DNA of 60,685 bases, filler included, from Nemertoderma westbladi (Eukaryota > Animalia > Xenacoelomorpha), in the NCBI GenBank assembly GCA_032718475.1. It is 3 parts of 3 records of this genome, joined end to end, with 100 filler letters (N's around TTAATTAATTAA, not from the genome) between each part and the next. Parts side by side here need not be neighbours in the genome. Positions count along the whole stretch, not along the records: positions 1 to 28,034 come from JAUCBJ010003905.1; 2 more parts are not named here. One strand, written 5' to 3'. The notes under the pieces were generated by a model. The model saw only the letters and a program-made list of their open reading frames with translations. It made no database searches and was not told the origin of the DNA. The position numbers and the translations under genes were made by a program. This document shows, in pieces, positions 15,001 to 27,000 of the stretch. How positions within the stretch are numbered: the stretch's first letter is position 1; every line of letters begins with the position of its first letter.

Positions 15001-18000
15001 TCCCGCAGTACAACGAATACGCTCTGAATCTTAACTTTGCTTCTCTCTTGGTAGGGAAACCACCAAGCACGATGGTAAGTACGGTTCGGTGCAATATTCG
15101 CTCGCTAATTATTAATTAATGTAAAGGCGCAGTTTACAGTGTCATTCAATACCGTTATAATTCACCTTGCAGTTACCCCCATGTAAAGAATACCAGGTTT
15201 TCACCAAAAACTGAATGATGCTGACGACAGCAGGCAATCATCCCAGGCATGGAGATCGATCAACTTGCTTGCTGGTCGAAAAAGCCAACCAACCACCAAG
15301 GTTAAGGCTGAATCACCAGCCGATCGCCTCAATAATGGTTGGAAGGCCCACTTTGAAAGGCTCCTCAATAATGATAGGGTATTGCCTGATAACTTTATAG
15401 AAGTAAAAGTGTCTGAGTCTGTACTCCCAGATATTCCCATTGGTGATATCTCCTTTGCAGATGTGAAGGCTCCTACAAAGAGCATTAAGACCAATCGTGC
15501 CAGTGGAGTAGATGGTGTTCCCCCTGAGGTCTTTAAAATACCTGAGTGTTTAAAGCTCATCTATCCCATCATAGTAGACATGTACCGTACAACAAGAGTC
15601 CCACAAGAAATGAAAACAAATAAGTTGGTGCCAGTTCCCAAGAAGGGCAACCTAACACTCTATGGTTCTTTTCGGGGAATCTCATTGATCTCGATTGCTG
15701 CAAAGCTTTACAATAGAATTCTATTAAATCGCATTAGGGAACCCATTGAGAGACTGCTCCGTGGAAATCAGAATGGGTTCCGTAAAGGTCGTGGGACCAT
15801 GGAGCCCATTTTGGCACTTAGAAGGATAATTGAAGAGTTATCAAAAAAGAAAGACAGGCATCTGGCTGTTATCTTTGTTGACTTCTTCAAGGCCATTGAT
15901 TCAGTCTCTCGCTCACGTATGTTCAGCATACTTTCATTATATGGGATACCTGATGAAATTATTGCAGTAATCAGATCAGTATACGATGGTTCGACAACAT
16001 TTGTGTCTACTGTTGACGGTGACACAGAACCATTTGAAGTGTTATGGGGCGTCCTCCAGGGAGACACACTTGCACCATTCTTGTTCATAATTGTTGTTGA
16101 CTATGTTCTACGCATGTCCTTAGATCATCATAATGATGATGGGATGATGATAACTCCACCTACTGGCTCCAGAAGTCGAGGAAATCCTGCCAAGTACCTA
16201 ACTGATCTAGACTTGGCTGATGACTTAGGAGTACTCTCAGAATCACTAGAGGGAGCCCAACGGCTCCTCAGCTCATTAGAACATGCTGCTTCTAGTGTTG
16301 GTCTTTTTATTAACTCCAGAAAGACCACAATTTTGACAGTTCACTTTGAAAGTCCTCAGCAAGTCTCTGATCGGATGAGCATAAGCTCAAAGGATGGTAT
16401 GCTTGAGCATGTGGATGACTTCTGTTACCTGGGATCATGGATCCGGAAGTCAGGTGAGGACCTTCGAATACGTAAGGGAAAGGCATGGGCAGCCTTGAAT
16501 AGGCTTTCCAGGATTTGGAAGTCACCGAGAATTAATCGGAAACTTAAGGTCCGGTTATTTAGAGCAGCAGTAGTTCCAGTACTCCTCTATGGGAGTCCAT
16601 GCTGGGCTCTAACTGCTGAGGACACCAAATCTCTGGACGGCACATTAACAAGAATGCTACGCCGGGTTCATTGTGTCAAGTTCAATGCACACATCTCCAA
16701 CCAGACACTATATAACATTGGAGGTGTCTCATTGGTTCCCCCAAGCTTGACACTAGAACAAAATCGCCTCCACTTTGCAGGACATTGCTTTCGCCGTGAG
16801 GACCAGCCAGTGCATAATCTTGTACTTTGGCAGCCTCATGGAGTGAATAAGCATGGTGGACAGCCCATGACTTTCTTGAGACACATCTTAAAGGACACTG
16901 GCCTTGAAGATGCGGATGATCTAGCAAACTTCATGGGTGATAGGGAGTTGTGGCGGTGCAATTTTGTCGATAAGCCGGCACAGCACTCTTAAAAATGCAG
17001 CTGCAATGCAGCATGCCGATCCTAGTAGTAGTAGTAGTGAAGAATACCAGGTTTTCACCAAAAACACAGGGTACAGAAGGGCTGAATCTAACCAAAACAA
17101 TAAACGAATTAATATATGTAGATGTACAGGTTATAAGACAGAAATAAGCGCTATAAAACACTTAATAAAGATAAATTTAAAAAAATTAAAAATCTTCATA
17201 TATAAAATTCTAATAAAATGTCGACCGAAAAGTGAAATCCTGGTATTCTTCACATGGGCGGCAATAGCAAGTTAACTATATGTAACATATTCTATATTAT
17301 AATGTTTATTAATAATATATGTGGAAGTAAATAACAAAACAACTGGGGTTTCACCAAGATCCAGAGCTATTAGAACCCATTTGTCCCATAAAACTTCGGG
17401 CTTACAACCTTGTTTGGTATCTAGTCTCCAACAACACACGTCAAGTCTACTACCTTAGATCCCATGACATTAACCTGCAACTTGAGGCCCTACCGCGGTT
17501 TTGGTTACCTTGAAATTCGGTTTTTTCAGCGCAGTATTTTCGACATGTTACATTTATTAATAAAATACATAATAATTATACTTGTGGCAAAGTATTTTAT
17601 TCCGAAATTGTATCACTACATAAATCTAGTATGTCTGTCTGTCGGTCTTTCTGTCAGTCTGTACTATTGTACAAGGTGGTTGGCATTACGCTATATACCT
17701 AACACTAATAATACCGTCTACAAAGTACAGAAGTAGTAGAATAAAATCCAGACTCTATACATACCTACTGTAAGATTTGCCTAAATGCGCTAAATACAGC
17801 AATATAGTAATAGCTAAGCACCTAATATGATCTACAAACTCATAGAGTTAAATACAAACCCATGACGCTGCGTCATAGTGCATATATGGTGACGCATACG
17901 CCTGCGTCATAGTGCATATAGTGGTGACGCATACGCCTGCGTCATAGTGCATATAGTGGTGACGCATACGCCTGCGTCATAGTGCATATAGTGGTGACGC

Positions 18001-19921
18001 ATACGCCTGCGTCATAGTGCATATAGTGGTGACGCATACGCCTGCGTCATAGGTGCCAAAGGGTTAACAGTAAATTTCTCCAAAGTCTAGATGAGCCTTT
18101 GCGAAGCAGAATAATTAGTGAACATGGTCACTTTTTATAGACTACCCAAGTTCCTGTCCCAAGTTTGTTTCCATTTCATCAAAGATTAACCGACGTATTA
18201 GCGTTCAAACATCTCCTACGACGATGACAGACTGTCTACAAAATATACCGCTGCATAGATTTCTTGGTTCGCCCGACATCCGATACCTGCCGTCTTTGAA
18301 TTCGTTTTCTCTGTTTTTCTCACAGGAGGAACCAAACAGTGAAGAACAAATACTTTCCATGTACATGCCGCCCCTCAAAGTCATTCTTCTAAACAACATT
18401 GTCGCTAAGATCCTCAGTATGAGAGGAACCAATGTACTCGGCAAATTTGAAGTCCAATACTTTTTCCATAAGGAGGCCGTGGATGCAGTTAGCAGGTAAG
18501 TTTAATTAAGATCCTACAGATTGCTGCTTCCTGTAAGAATAGGGCCTATATTGTGACTGTTGCGAGAACCACGCTAAAATTACATTGTAATAGCGGTACC
18601 TAATAAATAGGAAATTGGTGAATACAGTAGCAAGGAATCAATGTGCGATTTAGCCATAAATATGTTAATTGATTTCCTTTTCAATTAATTTTTTCAGTGC
18701 TTTATCTTTATGTATCTACTATATAGGGAAAACGGGTGTTTCTTACCTTATTTTTTCTATAAGTACTGTAAGACTAGCTGTGTTGTGTTTTTGAGATAGA
18801 GCTCTACACGAATCTGGACCGAACTGGACCGCCAAATGAAAGATAATCTAAAAACAACCATCCATGCAGACAAGTGAAAATATATATTGAAATAAATATG
18901 GTCATTTCATATATTGTAACTTTAATTGCGTTTAAAATATCGCTAAATTAAAATTACTTTCTTCTAACACTGTTGCCGCACTGTTTTTACCAGTCGCACA
19001 CATCTGCATGTGTATATAATGCAGTATTTTGTGCAGCAATAGTTGTGTTCAATGACAGGTACATAGACCTGCAATCTACTGATATACGTACGTAACACAG
19101 TAGCCAACTCGTCAGAACATACAGACAAGTTAACATTATTACCGGAATACGGGCAGGTAGGCCTACTTAGGTATAATGCATTTACTATTAAGCCCCGTAC
19201 CGGTATCTTTTTATTAAGTTACATTTCTGCATTTTTACTGCCTATACTACTGTACTTCATTTTCCGGTACGTATGTCATTCCTGCATTGAGCAAAAGTGC
19301 CGGTACGCAAAATACTGCAATCTATGAACTGCTACCGGTAGGCCTACAACTGTTAAAAGCAGTACAGCAGTGTTTTATGTGAAGAAAGTAATGTTAATTT
19401 AGCGATATCTTATACGAACTAAATTTACAATGTATGAAAAGACCCAATGAAATTCAATACTAATTTTTACCTGTCTGCATCGATGGTGTTGTTTTTAAAT
19501 TATCTTTCATTTGGCAGTCCACTTCGCCACGCTTTCGATTCAGTTCGGTCACTTCGGTCCAGATTCGTGTAGAGTACTATCCGTGTGTTTTGTGTTTGTA
19601 CGCCAAGGTCACACCTTGTCATTGTGGTTAAATTACAGAAGGTGCCCTCCCTCATGACCTGATAGTAGGCCATGTTGCCCTGATTTTTTAATCCAAATTT
19701 CCCCAGACTTTCTAATCCCTGGATTCGGCCGAAAAAAATTTTCTTTACATTTTTTTAAAACTTGCATGCGTGTATGGTTTTATAATAACTCTTTGATTTC
19801 TATTAGATTTCGCGAAAAACTGCGCGACGTGGAGATATTAATTAAGAAGCAAAACGAAGATAGAGAATTCGACTACAGTTACCTACTTCCATCAAACTTA
19901 CCAAACTCAACAGCTGTATGA
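2918..19921 (+). CDS. Lipoxygenase (animal-type, PLAT + catalytic domain), 11 exons, 5'-incomplete
   Basis: join(2918-3021,9346-9475,9761-9898,10439-10662,10922-11057,12758-12962,13093-13239,13881-14111,14818-15074,18326-18495,19807-19921) = 1857 nt, 618 aa + TGA. All introns are GT-AG with compatible phases. Motifs: PLAT 'DWFVERFEI..FPAMRW', 'HWDADKWFGNQRCAGLNP', 'WLAAK', 'HQVLTHLALTH', 'HPIYRLLVPH', 'YPFRDDG', 'HAAIN', C-terminus 'YSYLLPSNLPNSTAV'. No start exon was found in the window. Confidence 0.95.
3180..3276. repeat. 20-bp minisatellite (tccgttcgtgggtccttcac), about 5 copies
   Basis: Directly visible tandem units. Confidence 0.85.
3659..5988. repeat. 26-bp satellite (TATAATTTGTATAATTTATGTGTATG)n, about 90 copies, intronic
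   Basis: Period of 26 checked (3721, 3747); near-identical units with a few A>G and T>C variants. Confidence 0.98.
6535..7090. repeat. Opposed 20-21-bp tandem arrays (foldback-like)
   Basis: ccccaaaataaatacataat-type units at about 6540-6700 face tgaataattgtttttggggga units at about 6850-7090; loosely reverse-complementary. Confidence 0.55.
7200..7445 (+). mobile_element. Degenerate non-LTR retrotransposon RT fragment
   Basis: 'SYIYLGSPITSDG' matches the Y-x-YLG motif at the end of LINE RT domains. Confidence 0.55.
7453..8020. repeat. ~144-bp tandem repeat (about 2.5 copies) in a probable Helentron/HINE-like element
   Basis: Units beginning gaatgaat..gactgtaatattcaa at 7453, 7598 and 7741; downstream hairpin tatagcaa-gaa-ttgctata near 8000-8018. 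The family call is inference. Confidence 0.5.
8763..9240 (-). mobile_element. Degenerate LINE 3' fragment with CCHC-type knuckle
   Basis: Frameshifted 'IIIKYWLKIL' and 'CQMFSINVVEDEFHSLLVCPAYQPIR'. Confidence 0.75.
9346..9475 (+). CDS. Lipoxygenase exon (end of PLAT domain)
   Basis: ataag|G TTT...CAG|gtaat; FVERFEICRGGSDPKRVHVFPAMRWVNKNRPLKIREYDCLLPQ. Confidence 0.88.
9761..9898 (+). CDS. Lipoxygenase exon
   Basis: taaag|GAT...CTG|gtaggt; DDDDIDERVENLIYQKSRYELEESIVGIPRHIKDIPVEQQYFTSYL. Confidence 0.85.
10439..10662 (+). CDS. Lipoxygenase exon
   Basis: tttcag|ATG...AA|gtaaga; contains HWDADKWFGNQRCAGLNPHLIHRCKEIP. Confidence 0.92.
10922..11057 (+). CDS. Lipoxygenase exon
   Basis: tttag|C TTC...ACT|gttagt; FKVNNDLVGHLLDGHTLEEAMAKGLLYMTNLSILDGL. 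Confidence 0.92.
11330..11702 (+). mobile_element. RTE-clade LINE 3' remnant in LOX intron
   Basis: Translates to LNISWRQYMTNAELNGTIPPVSTTLRERRLRFSGH; ends in a (TAG)-like tail. Confidence 0.75.
12758..12962 (+). CDS. Lipoxygenase exon
   Basis: tttcag|CTT...G|gtaagt; LCSPMALF..PIAIQLFQ..WLAAKIWYNNSEANIHQVLTHL. Confidence 0.95.
13093..13239 (+). CDS. Lipoxygenase exon (second His ligand, Coffa site)
   Basis: ttccag|CT...G|gtcagt; LTHMVGEVLSVVTYRHLSSSHPIYRLLVPHYMFVMPTGVRGRVGILTP. Confidence 0.95.
13881..14111 (+). CDS. Lipoxygenase exon
   Basis: tgcaag|GG...T|gtaagt; LPKDLEQRGV..YPFRDDGLPIYRIIEDYV. Confidence 0.95.
14818..15074 (+). CDS. Lipoxygenase exon (HAAIN ligands)
   Basis: cacag|GT...ATG|gtaagt; DQEIQAW..IFYASAGHAAINLPQY. 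Confidence 0.95.
15178..17258. mobile_element. Small MITE (about 230 bp) interrupted by the RTE
   Basis: 27-bp TIR cccatgtaaagaataccaggttttcac / gtgaaatcctggtattcttcacatggg, 2 mismatches. Confidence 0.7.
15212..17039 (+). mobile_element. 5'-truncated RTE-clade LINE with uninterrupted RT ORF (15265-16992)
   Basis: RT motifs PKKG, FRGISL, QNGFRKGR, GVLQGDTLAPFLF, LADD, YLGS; (TAG)n tail; perfect 26-bp TSD AAGAATACCAGGTTTTCACCAAAAAC at 15186-15211 and 17040-17065; no endonuclease domain. Confidence 0.95.
17862..18067. repeat. 35-bp tandem repeat (about 5 copies) abutting a piggyBac-like end
   Basis: Unit tgcgtcatagtgcatatagtggtgacgcatacgcc; ends ...ggtgccaaaGGG-TTAA; the partner end was not found. 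Confidence 0.75.
18326..18495 (+). CDS. Lipoxygenase exon
   Basis: cacag|GAG...AG|gtaagt; EEQILSMYMPP..KILSMRGTNVLGKFEVQYF. Confidence 0.92.
18795..19581. mobile_element. Palindromic MITE with ~180-bp imperfect arms
   Basis: gatagagctctacacgaatctggaccgaa ... ttcggtccagattcgtgtagagtactatc; inverted homology continues inward. Confidence 0.8.
19807..19921 (+). CDS. Lipoxygenase terminal exon
   Basis: attag|A TTT...GTA TGA; FREKLRDVEILIKKQNEDREFDYSYLLPSNLPNSTAV*. Confidence 0.93.
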
Positions 19922-22900
19922 TTTAATCTTATGCTAATGATTAATACTGCAGGAGTGTACCTGAAAAAACATTCAACAATTATTATTATAAGGATAAATT
20001 ATCTAGTTCTATTATTTTTTCTCGGTTTAAACTCTGATTAAACCTGGTGGTGATAAAACCTCTGGCTTCATGTAACACATTTAATAGGGTTACAAGTTAA
20101 ATTTTATTATTATATTTTATTGATTTCATCAGATAATTTAACGCGATCAATCTCTGTGAGGTTTGTTTATTCTCAAATATATCCAGTAAACATACCGGTA
20201 GCGTTGTGACTAAAACAGAATGATTCCAAAACCAGCTCCAAAAGATCAAAACTGTCGAAGTGATGATGACCAAACATAAGCTGACTGCCTAATGTAAAAA
20301 AAAATTGACTTTAGGAAGTTATATTACATATTATTTATTCAAAATTAAGTTATGACTTTTATTTGCCAGGCGCAGTTGCAAACATACAGTATCGTGCGTG
20401 TTTTGTTGTTTTTTTCAACTTGAAAATAATTAATTATGAACCCCTTTACTCTGGAACTGCCATAACAATAATGTTTGAACATAATCCCATGTAATAAATT
20501 GTACAGTAAAGGCCTAGTTACTGGTAATATTTTCAATTGGGGTGATGTTGCGGATGAAATAAACTTTTGAATTAAATTTCGCGACGAATATACTGTATGA
20601 TTTAGATAATGAACAACCAGAGTACATATTACACACAACAATTCACTTATTATTAGAGTACATATTAGCATATTACAGTGGCGAACTTTTCTTACCAAAA
20701 CAATATTTTCAATTAGGAAAACAGTTTACCGTAAAATTCAAATTACAAATCTATATCAAACAATATAAATTCAGTATTGATTTAGCGCAACGGATACACT
20801 AACAGGGATATCATCTTGGAACATATTACCAGTATACATCCCATATTTCTCCATAAAATTGATAGCACAGATAGAACAGTCATTATTTATGCATTGGTAC
20901 AAGCCCAATGTGTAGTGCAGGCTGTAGGCGGGCATACAGTATACCCTAAACTTGACACACCAATTGTAGACTTCAGTATGTAGAAATTATTGATGCTTCA
21001 AATCAAAAATTTCCCTCATCACATTTCATTGTAATTACAACTAATTTGCAAATGAGTTCGACAGTAGAAGGCCTATCAGTAGTTAGTGCCTATTCAAACT
21101 CAATCCACGAAAATTCAAATTTTATTTTTCATTTTTCTCATAGGAGTTGAGATACGGCTATATAGCTCTCACTGGAGAGTGGAGCTTTAAAAACTACATA
21201 TGTTCAGCAAAAAATTACTTTGGCAAATTTGCCATTTAGGCTTTTTCTAATTCACCGCCTCAATGATCTACAATATTTAATAAATCAGGTGTTAGAGGGG
21301 CTAATGTACGCACGCTATTTATTTTCCGTAAATTTCTAGTATTCCATGAAACGAGCCTTTTGTACGTAGCTTGGGGAGTGTGTTTGTGTGTAAATATATT
21401 AAAAATCGCAGTATTGTATTACAGTATCGTAAGAGGGCACGTTCGTGGGGCCTTCGCGCAGCACGAGGCTCAGTTATGAGACACAAATTAAAATTGAGCA
21501 ATTCTATAACAAAATCGGGATTTAAGAAATTAATCAAACCGCAAATAAATCATAAGAGGGGAAAGTTGCTCGCTTTCAACCCCCCCCCCCCCCCTCCCTT
21601 AATCTGCACCCCAACCCAAAGGTACACAGAGGACACAGTTACACAGGCAGGTATTAACAGAAAAATTGTGTTTTAGAAGTAATATATTTTAGGCGTGGAG
21701 GCGACCCAATTTATAAGAAATATTATAAAGAATCTCCATTAAATACTCAGCCAATCATTTTGCGAGATAAACAATAAGTCTGGGGTAAGTCAATAAGTCT
21801 TATTAGTCTGGGGCCTAACACTATTGCATGTACTATAAATTTACACTTTGCTGGAATAGTGGTGAGGTGGAACTGGTAGCCCGGAAAACACACTGGACGT
21901 GTTCTAGCATATATCTGACAAATACGTTTAGGCTAAAGCAATGATTGCACTTTGAGATATTTCGCCCTCTAGCGGCAGATTAGAGAACTGCAGACGGAAG
22001 AGCCTCCTTTAAATGACACAGTTAATGGTCTTGTACAAATATGTCAAGTTTCAGCTAGAACGGGTTTAAAGCAAAGAAATGTGAGGATATTTAATTTCTA
22101 GACATGTAGCCCTCTAACGAGAGACTGTTGATTTGATGGTGTCTGAAAGTCCCTAAAAAATCTCAACTTATGGTCTTATTGATGCCTACTAATTTTCGAC
22201 TCTCGACAGCTTTAAATCCGATGAAGTTATAAGTAGTCAAAATCGCAGCGACGACGATGACATACAGTACCATTATTGAATTAACTATTTGCCATAATTG
22301 ACCTACCCCCGAATACTGTAGATACAGTAGATAGAGTTAGTTCGCAAAGGCTTCGCCAACTTCGTGGCTCGGATACCATAGCCCATGCTATAAATGTATT
22401 TCATTCGTCATTCGATATTTAATCATATATTAATCCGCTAGGTGGTGTCAAATTGTTATTCTGCAATTTCGTACTTACTAGTGCTGCACAGTACAGCAGT
22501 ACCGTTCGTACCGGTAGGCCTATGTCATTACTTCTGAGACCCTAGCGGATCCCCATTTAAATGTCTTAACTTTTCAATTTCGTAAAAGATAGTCTTCATG
22601 ATTCTCTACAGGCAACCAAAATGTCAGACTGCATGATTTTTCACCAAACTTTACAAACTTTCTAAACTTTCCCTCTACTAGTTACCTACTAAGTTTGGTT
22701 CAATTACTTTACGAACCCGCGATGCCGAGAAATTTGCGTTCAAACATTTACCAGACAGACGGACGGACATGCCCCATTTGCCCTATATGAACCCTATGCC
22801 AAGGCTCGCCGACTACGTATCTCGCTCCACATTGGAATCGTTAAGAATTGGGTAAAAATTGATTTTATGGTCATATAAAAAAGCAATAAATTAAGCAGAT

Positions 22901-24033
22901 TGTAAGACGAAAGGGAGTGATTGGAATAACCATTTTTTGTATGTGTCCCCTGGTACAGAGTATCACCCTCCAGCGCTCCAGGAACAACTTCTTACATGCT
23001 TATTCTAGGCCTACATATCCCGGGACCAAATGGTGATTTTAAACTTTTCCAGTGCGCTAAACATTATTTTACTCACATAACTTTTTGTAACAAAATGACA
23101 AATTATACCGACAGAAAATGTTGCAATCGACTTAAAAAATATACCATCGCATTGATTTCTCAACTCTGTAAATCCGAATAAATTAATATTAGGTGCATAA
23201 TTATTTTCCAGAACCGTAATAACAAAAATATATTGGTTATTGGTATGTAATTGGTTTCCGGTAACCGTTATGTAAAAAAAGGCCTGCGATTAATCACAGA
23301 TCTTTTCATTCGTAAGTTAAATACATTTAAGGTGAACCGACACTTCAAAACTTATCTGTAACAATTTAAAAATGTCAGCGGCTTTTATACAGTTTTGGCC
23401 CTCCCCTCCCCCAGGGTAAATAAGTAAAATTAGGCCAACGGTTTATAAAACGACTGCTGAATGTCGATTATGATATGTTACAATCTTGAAAAAAAAAAAT
23501 ATATATAAAATTATTATTCTCCTTTAAGTATAATAATTATACAACTGAATTTGTATGTATACCTTACATCATATATATTTCATTTCACGTAAATTTATAA
23601 TAAATAATATCTTGTAGATAGTCTTTCCATTCATTCAATAATAATGATGACAGGTATATTCCTATTGATGATCTCAACTACATAAACTCTCACATCTTCG
23701 ATTAGTATGGCACTTCAAATTGGTAATGGTAAATTATATGCTTCGCTTCAAATATAAATCAAGAACTCTTTAAAAGCAGAAAAATATATAAAATAAATAT
23801 AATATTTACAAATATGTATTCGAGGGTATTTCGGATATTGAATTTTATTATTTGGACGAGTTTTTAGTAAAGGCTACGCTACACGTAAAATACAGTATGT
23901 TCAATTATGTGCAAATTGTGTAAACAAAAACAGTGGGGTGTCCCGTCCACAAGTACATTTGTGATGTCCATTGGCAGTGGACATTGCGAATGTCAGGTGT
24001 TTGATGTTAAGTTGGGAAAATTATGGAGGAAAA

Positions 24034-27000
24034 TTAGCTAGCACTCAACCTACTTTGTAAGTTATTCAATTTAGTTTTTAAATTAACTACTTGTTGGTCT
24101 CTGCTTTGCAGTTGGGCTCTTAAGTCCTCAATCTCATGATTGCGTTTCTTCATCCTCTCAGTCGCATGCACTTCACGACGCGTTGTGCTATAAACAGAGT
24201 CATCGGTAGAGCAACTATGTTTAGGCTGACTATGTCCAGTATGATTCAGCGTTTCAGTATTAATGGCCTTTTTTTCCTTTATTCTGTTGTTCAACCTCCT
24301 TTCTCTATCAAGATTTTCGTTTGTCCTTCGGAGTGATTCTTGAACATAGTTCATTTCCTCTTGGCACAGACGCATATCTGCTTGAAGCTGTTGAAGTTCT
24401 TGAGTTTTCTGTTTCGCAATATTCTCAACCTCACGAAGACGACCAAGGTCCTTCTCATAGTTGGTAAGTAAACTATCTTTACGCTCGACACGAGCATATA
24501 AAGCTCGCAATTTTCCAGCAATCTGTTCCAGATCTCGTTCACGATCAGCTATTAGTTTACCCTGTTCATCTCGAGGCAGGTGTCCCATAGACCGAAGACC
24601 CCTTAATTCAACTACTTCAAGTAGACCACTTACTGCTCGGACAAAGTTGAGGTAACTTTTTTCAGATTCCTCTAGTGATTCAGCTAAGTCAACACGAGCA
24701 CTTCTCTCAAAATAATTAACTTGTCCAGATGCATTATCTTCTGCATAATTTAATGATCCCACAGCCCTGCCATTCATATGTTTCATGGGAGAATTCATTT
24801 GGTGCAAATCACTAATTTCATGCTTAAGAAAAGCCACTTGTTGTAATGCTTGTTCTTGGGTTGGTATCCTAGGGTTATGATGCTCGAGTAATTTTATCCT
24901 GTGCCGTAGCTCAGCCAAGGCTTCCCGTTGTCTCATAATAACTAGATCGTGTTTTTCTCCTCTGCATTTCCCACCCATAGCCGATAATTCTGAAGCAATT
25001 TTGCCACTACCTTCGTGATCTTGTAATGAGCCATGACGAAATGTAGTCAATTGTTTGCTAATGGAGGCTAAACCTTCTTTGGATTTATTACTTTCCTCAA
25101 CTGCATGATCAGCAATATTCTTGTTCAGCTGTATTTCATTATCTTTATCATCAAGATCTAGGCGCTGTTTTTCAACAATTGCAGAAAGATGTGCAAGTTG
25201 CTTTCTTACCTTTGCGAGCTCACTTGTCTGATCAATCATAATTGTTTGATTCTGCTCAAATTCTTGCTTTTTCTGTTCTGACAGTTCACCAGCAACATCA
25301 CTGATTTTGGCATTTGCTCCTCCCAAGTCGCATCTCAATCCATGTATAATTTCTTCTTTTAGTGAAATTACCTCTTTGAGTTCTGAACATTCTTTCCGCA
25401 AGAGTAACACCATATGTTCTATTGCAGCAAACTCCTGAGCTGTATGATGATAAACAGATTGAACTTTACCTTGCGAAGTTGTTTCATCTATTTGCCCACG
25501 CAATTCCTCGATGAGATTAACACTTTTCTTCTTCTCATTATAAAGCATAACAAGTTTTTCTTCCATAGCAACAATTGTTACAGAATGTTGGAGTATCTGT
25601 TGTTGCATTGATAATATGTTGTCTTCCAAAACTTTAGCCGACTCTTTCAGTGCAGATTTATCCGCTGAATGAGACTCTTTAAGCTCAATTATCATTTTTT
25701 CATATTCATTTTTTAGTAAAGCATTATCATATAATATTTTAGCTTCACTTTCACTAGTTTTATCAATACACATATCCTCCTCTTTTTCATTAAGACTTGC
25801 AACAATTTCAACCTCATCAACGTTGACTGGAATTTCTTCCATTGTTGACACTTTCAATTGAAGTTCTGCTATTGTTTTCTCCTTCTCAACAAGTTGACTT
25901 TCGAAATCTGTAAGATTTGAAACAATTTCAACCTCATCAACTTTTACTGGAATGTCTTCCATTGTTGACACTTTCAATTGAAGTTCTGCTATTATTTTCT
26001 CCTTCTCAACAAGTTGACTTTCAAAATCTGTCTGTAACAGAGTTATTTTTTCAGTGTTCTCTGTAGACATAGTTCTTATAATTTCTTTCCAATGTTCTGC
26101 CTCCTCGCTACGTAAAAGACCAATTTCCTCAATATGTGCCTGTTTCAAGATTTCACTACTAGCGGAAAATTCCTCCTTTAAACTCTCAATCTGAGATTCA
26201 TATTTTGATAATTCCTCCTTATGTATATCATCAATCGATTCATTTGATGAAAGATTTATAAGTGATTGATCAGGTACTTCTACATCTGATTCTGCATTTT
26301 TTTGTACCTCCAATTCAGAAACTTTTGTGGCATATTCTACCTGTATATCTTCAATTTGCTTGGACATATCTGCATTCTCTATGGAAAGCTTTTGGATTTT
26401 GGTAACAACTGAATTGATCTTCACCCATGGAGGATCACTAGATATTGTAGGTTCATTTCCATTCGGGATTTGCTTCACGGCAAACTCAATTTCTTTCATC
26501 CAAGACAGCTCACTTTCAAATGTTGCAATCAACAATGATTGTAATTCCTCAATGCCAGACACAACTACCTTGAGAGAACTTAATTTCGTTTTCTGATTTT
26601 GTAATACATCAACAGTATGCCCACTATCACTGAGATTAAGCACAGACTCATTAAATTGTCTCTTCAGCTTTTTTAAGCCAAATGTAATGTCTCGATTTCT
26701 TACCTCCTCTTCTTTCCACAGCTTTTTTAATTCAACAATTTTACTCTGATCTTCAGTACGATGATCAATAATTTGTTTCATTATTGCGAATATTTCTTCA
26801 TCTTCAAGAGAATCAGGATCAATAGGGACAAAAATGCCAGGTGCACTAAATGTAATTTGTATTACTTCTTTTCTGAAGTCATTCGCTAAGGCTGATCCTG
26901 AACCATTCTGCAAAGCAAGAAGTTCATCTTTCACTTGTACCAGTTTCTCTTCAAGGTCAGATTTTACTTGTTCCATTAATTTGACATTTCCTCTTTCTGT

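Noticed and set aside
21700-22830. Helentron/DINE-like element (cagacagacggacggac, ccctctagcgg)
   Set aside because: Motifs are suggestive but boundaries could not be defined
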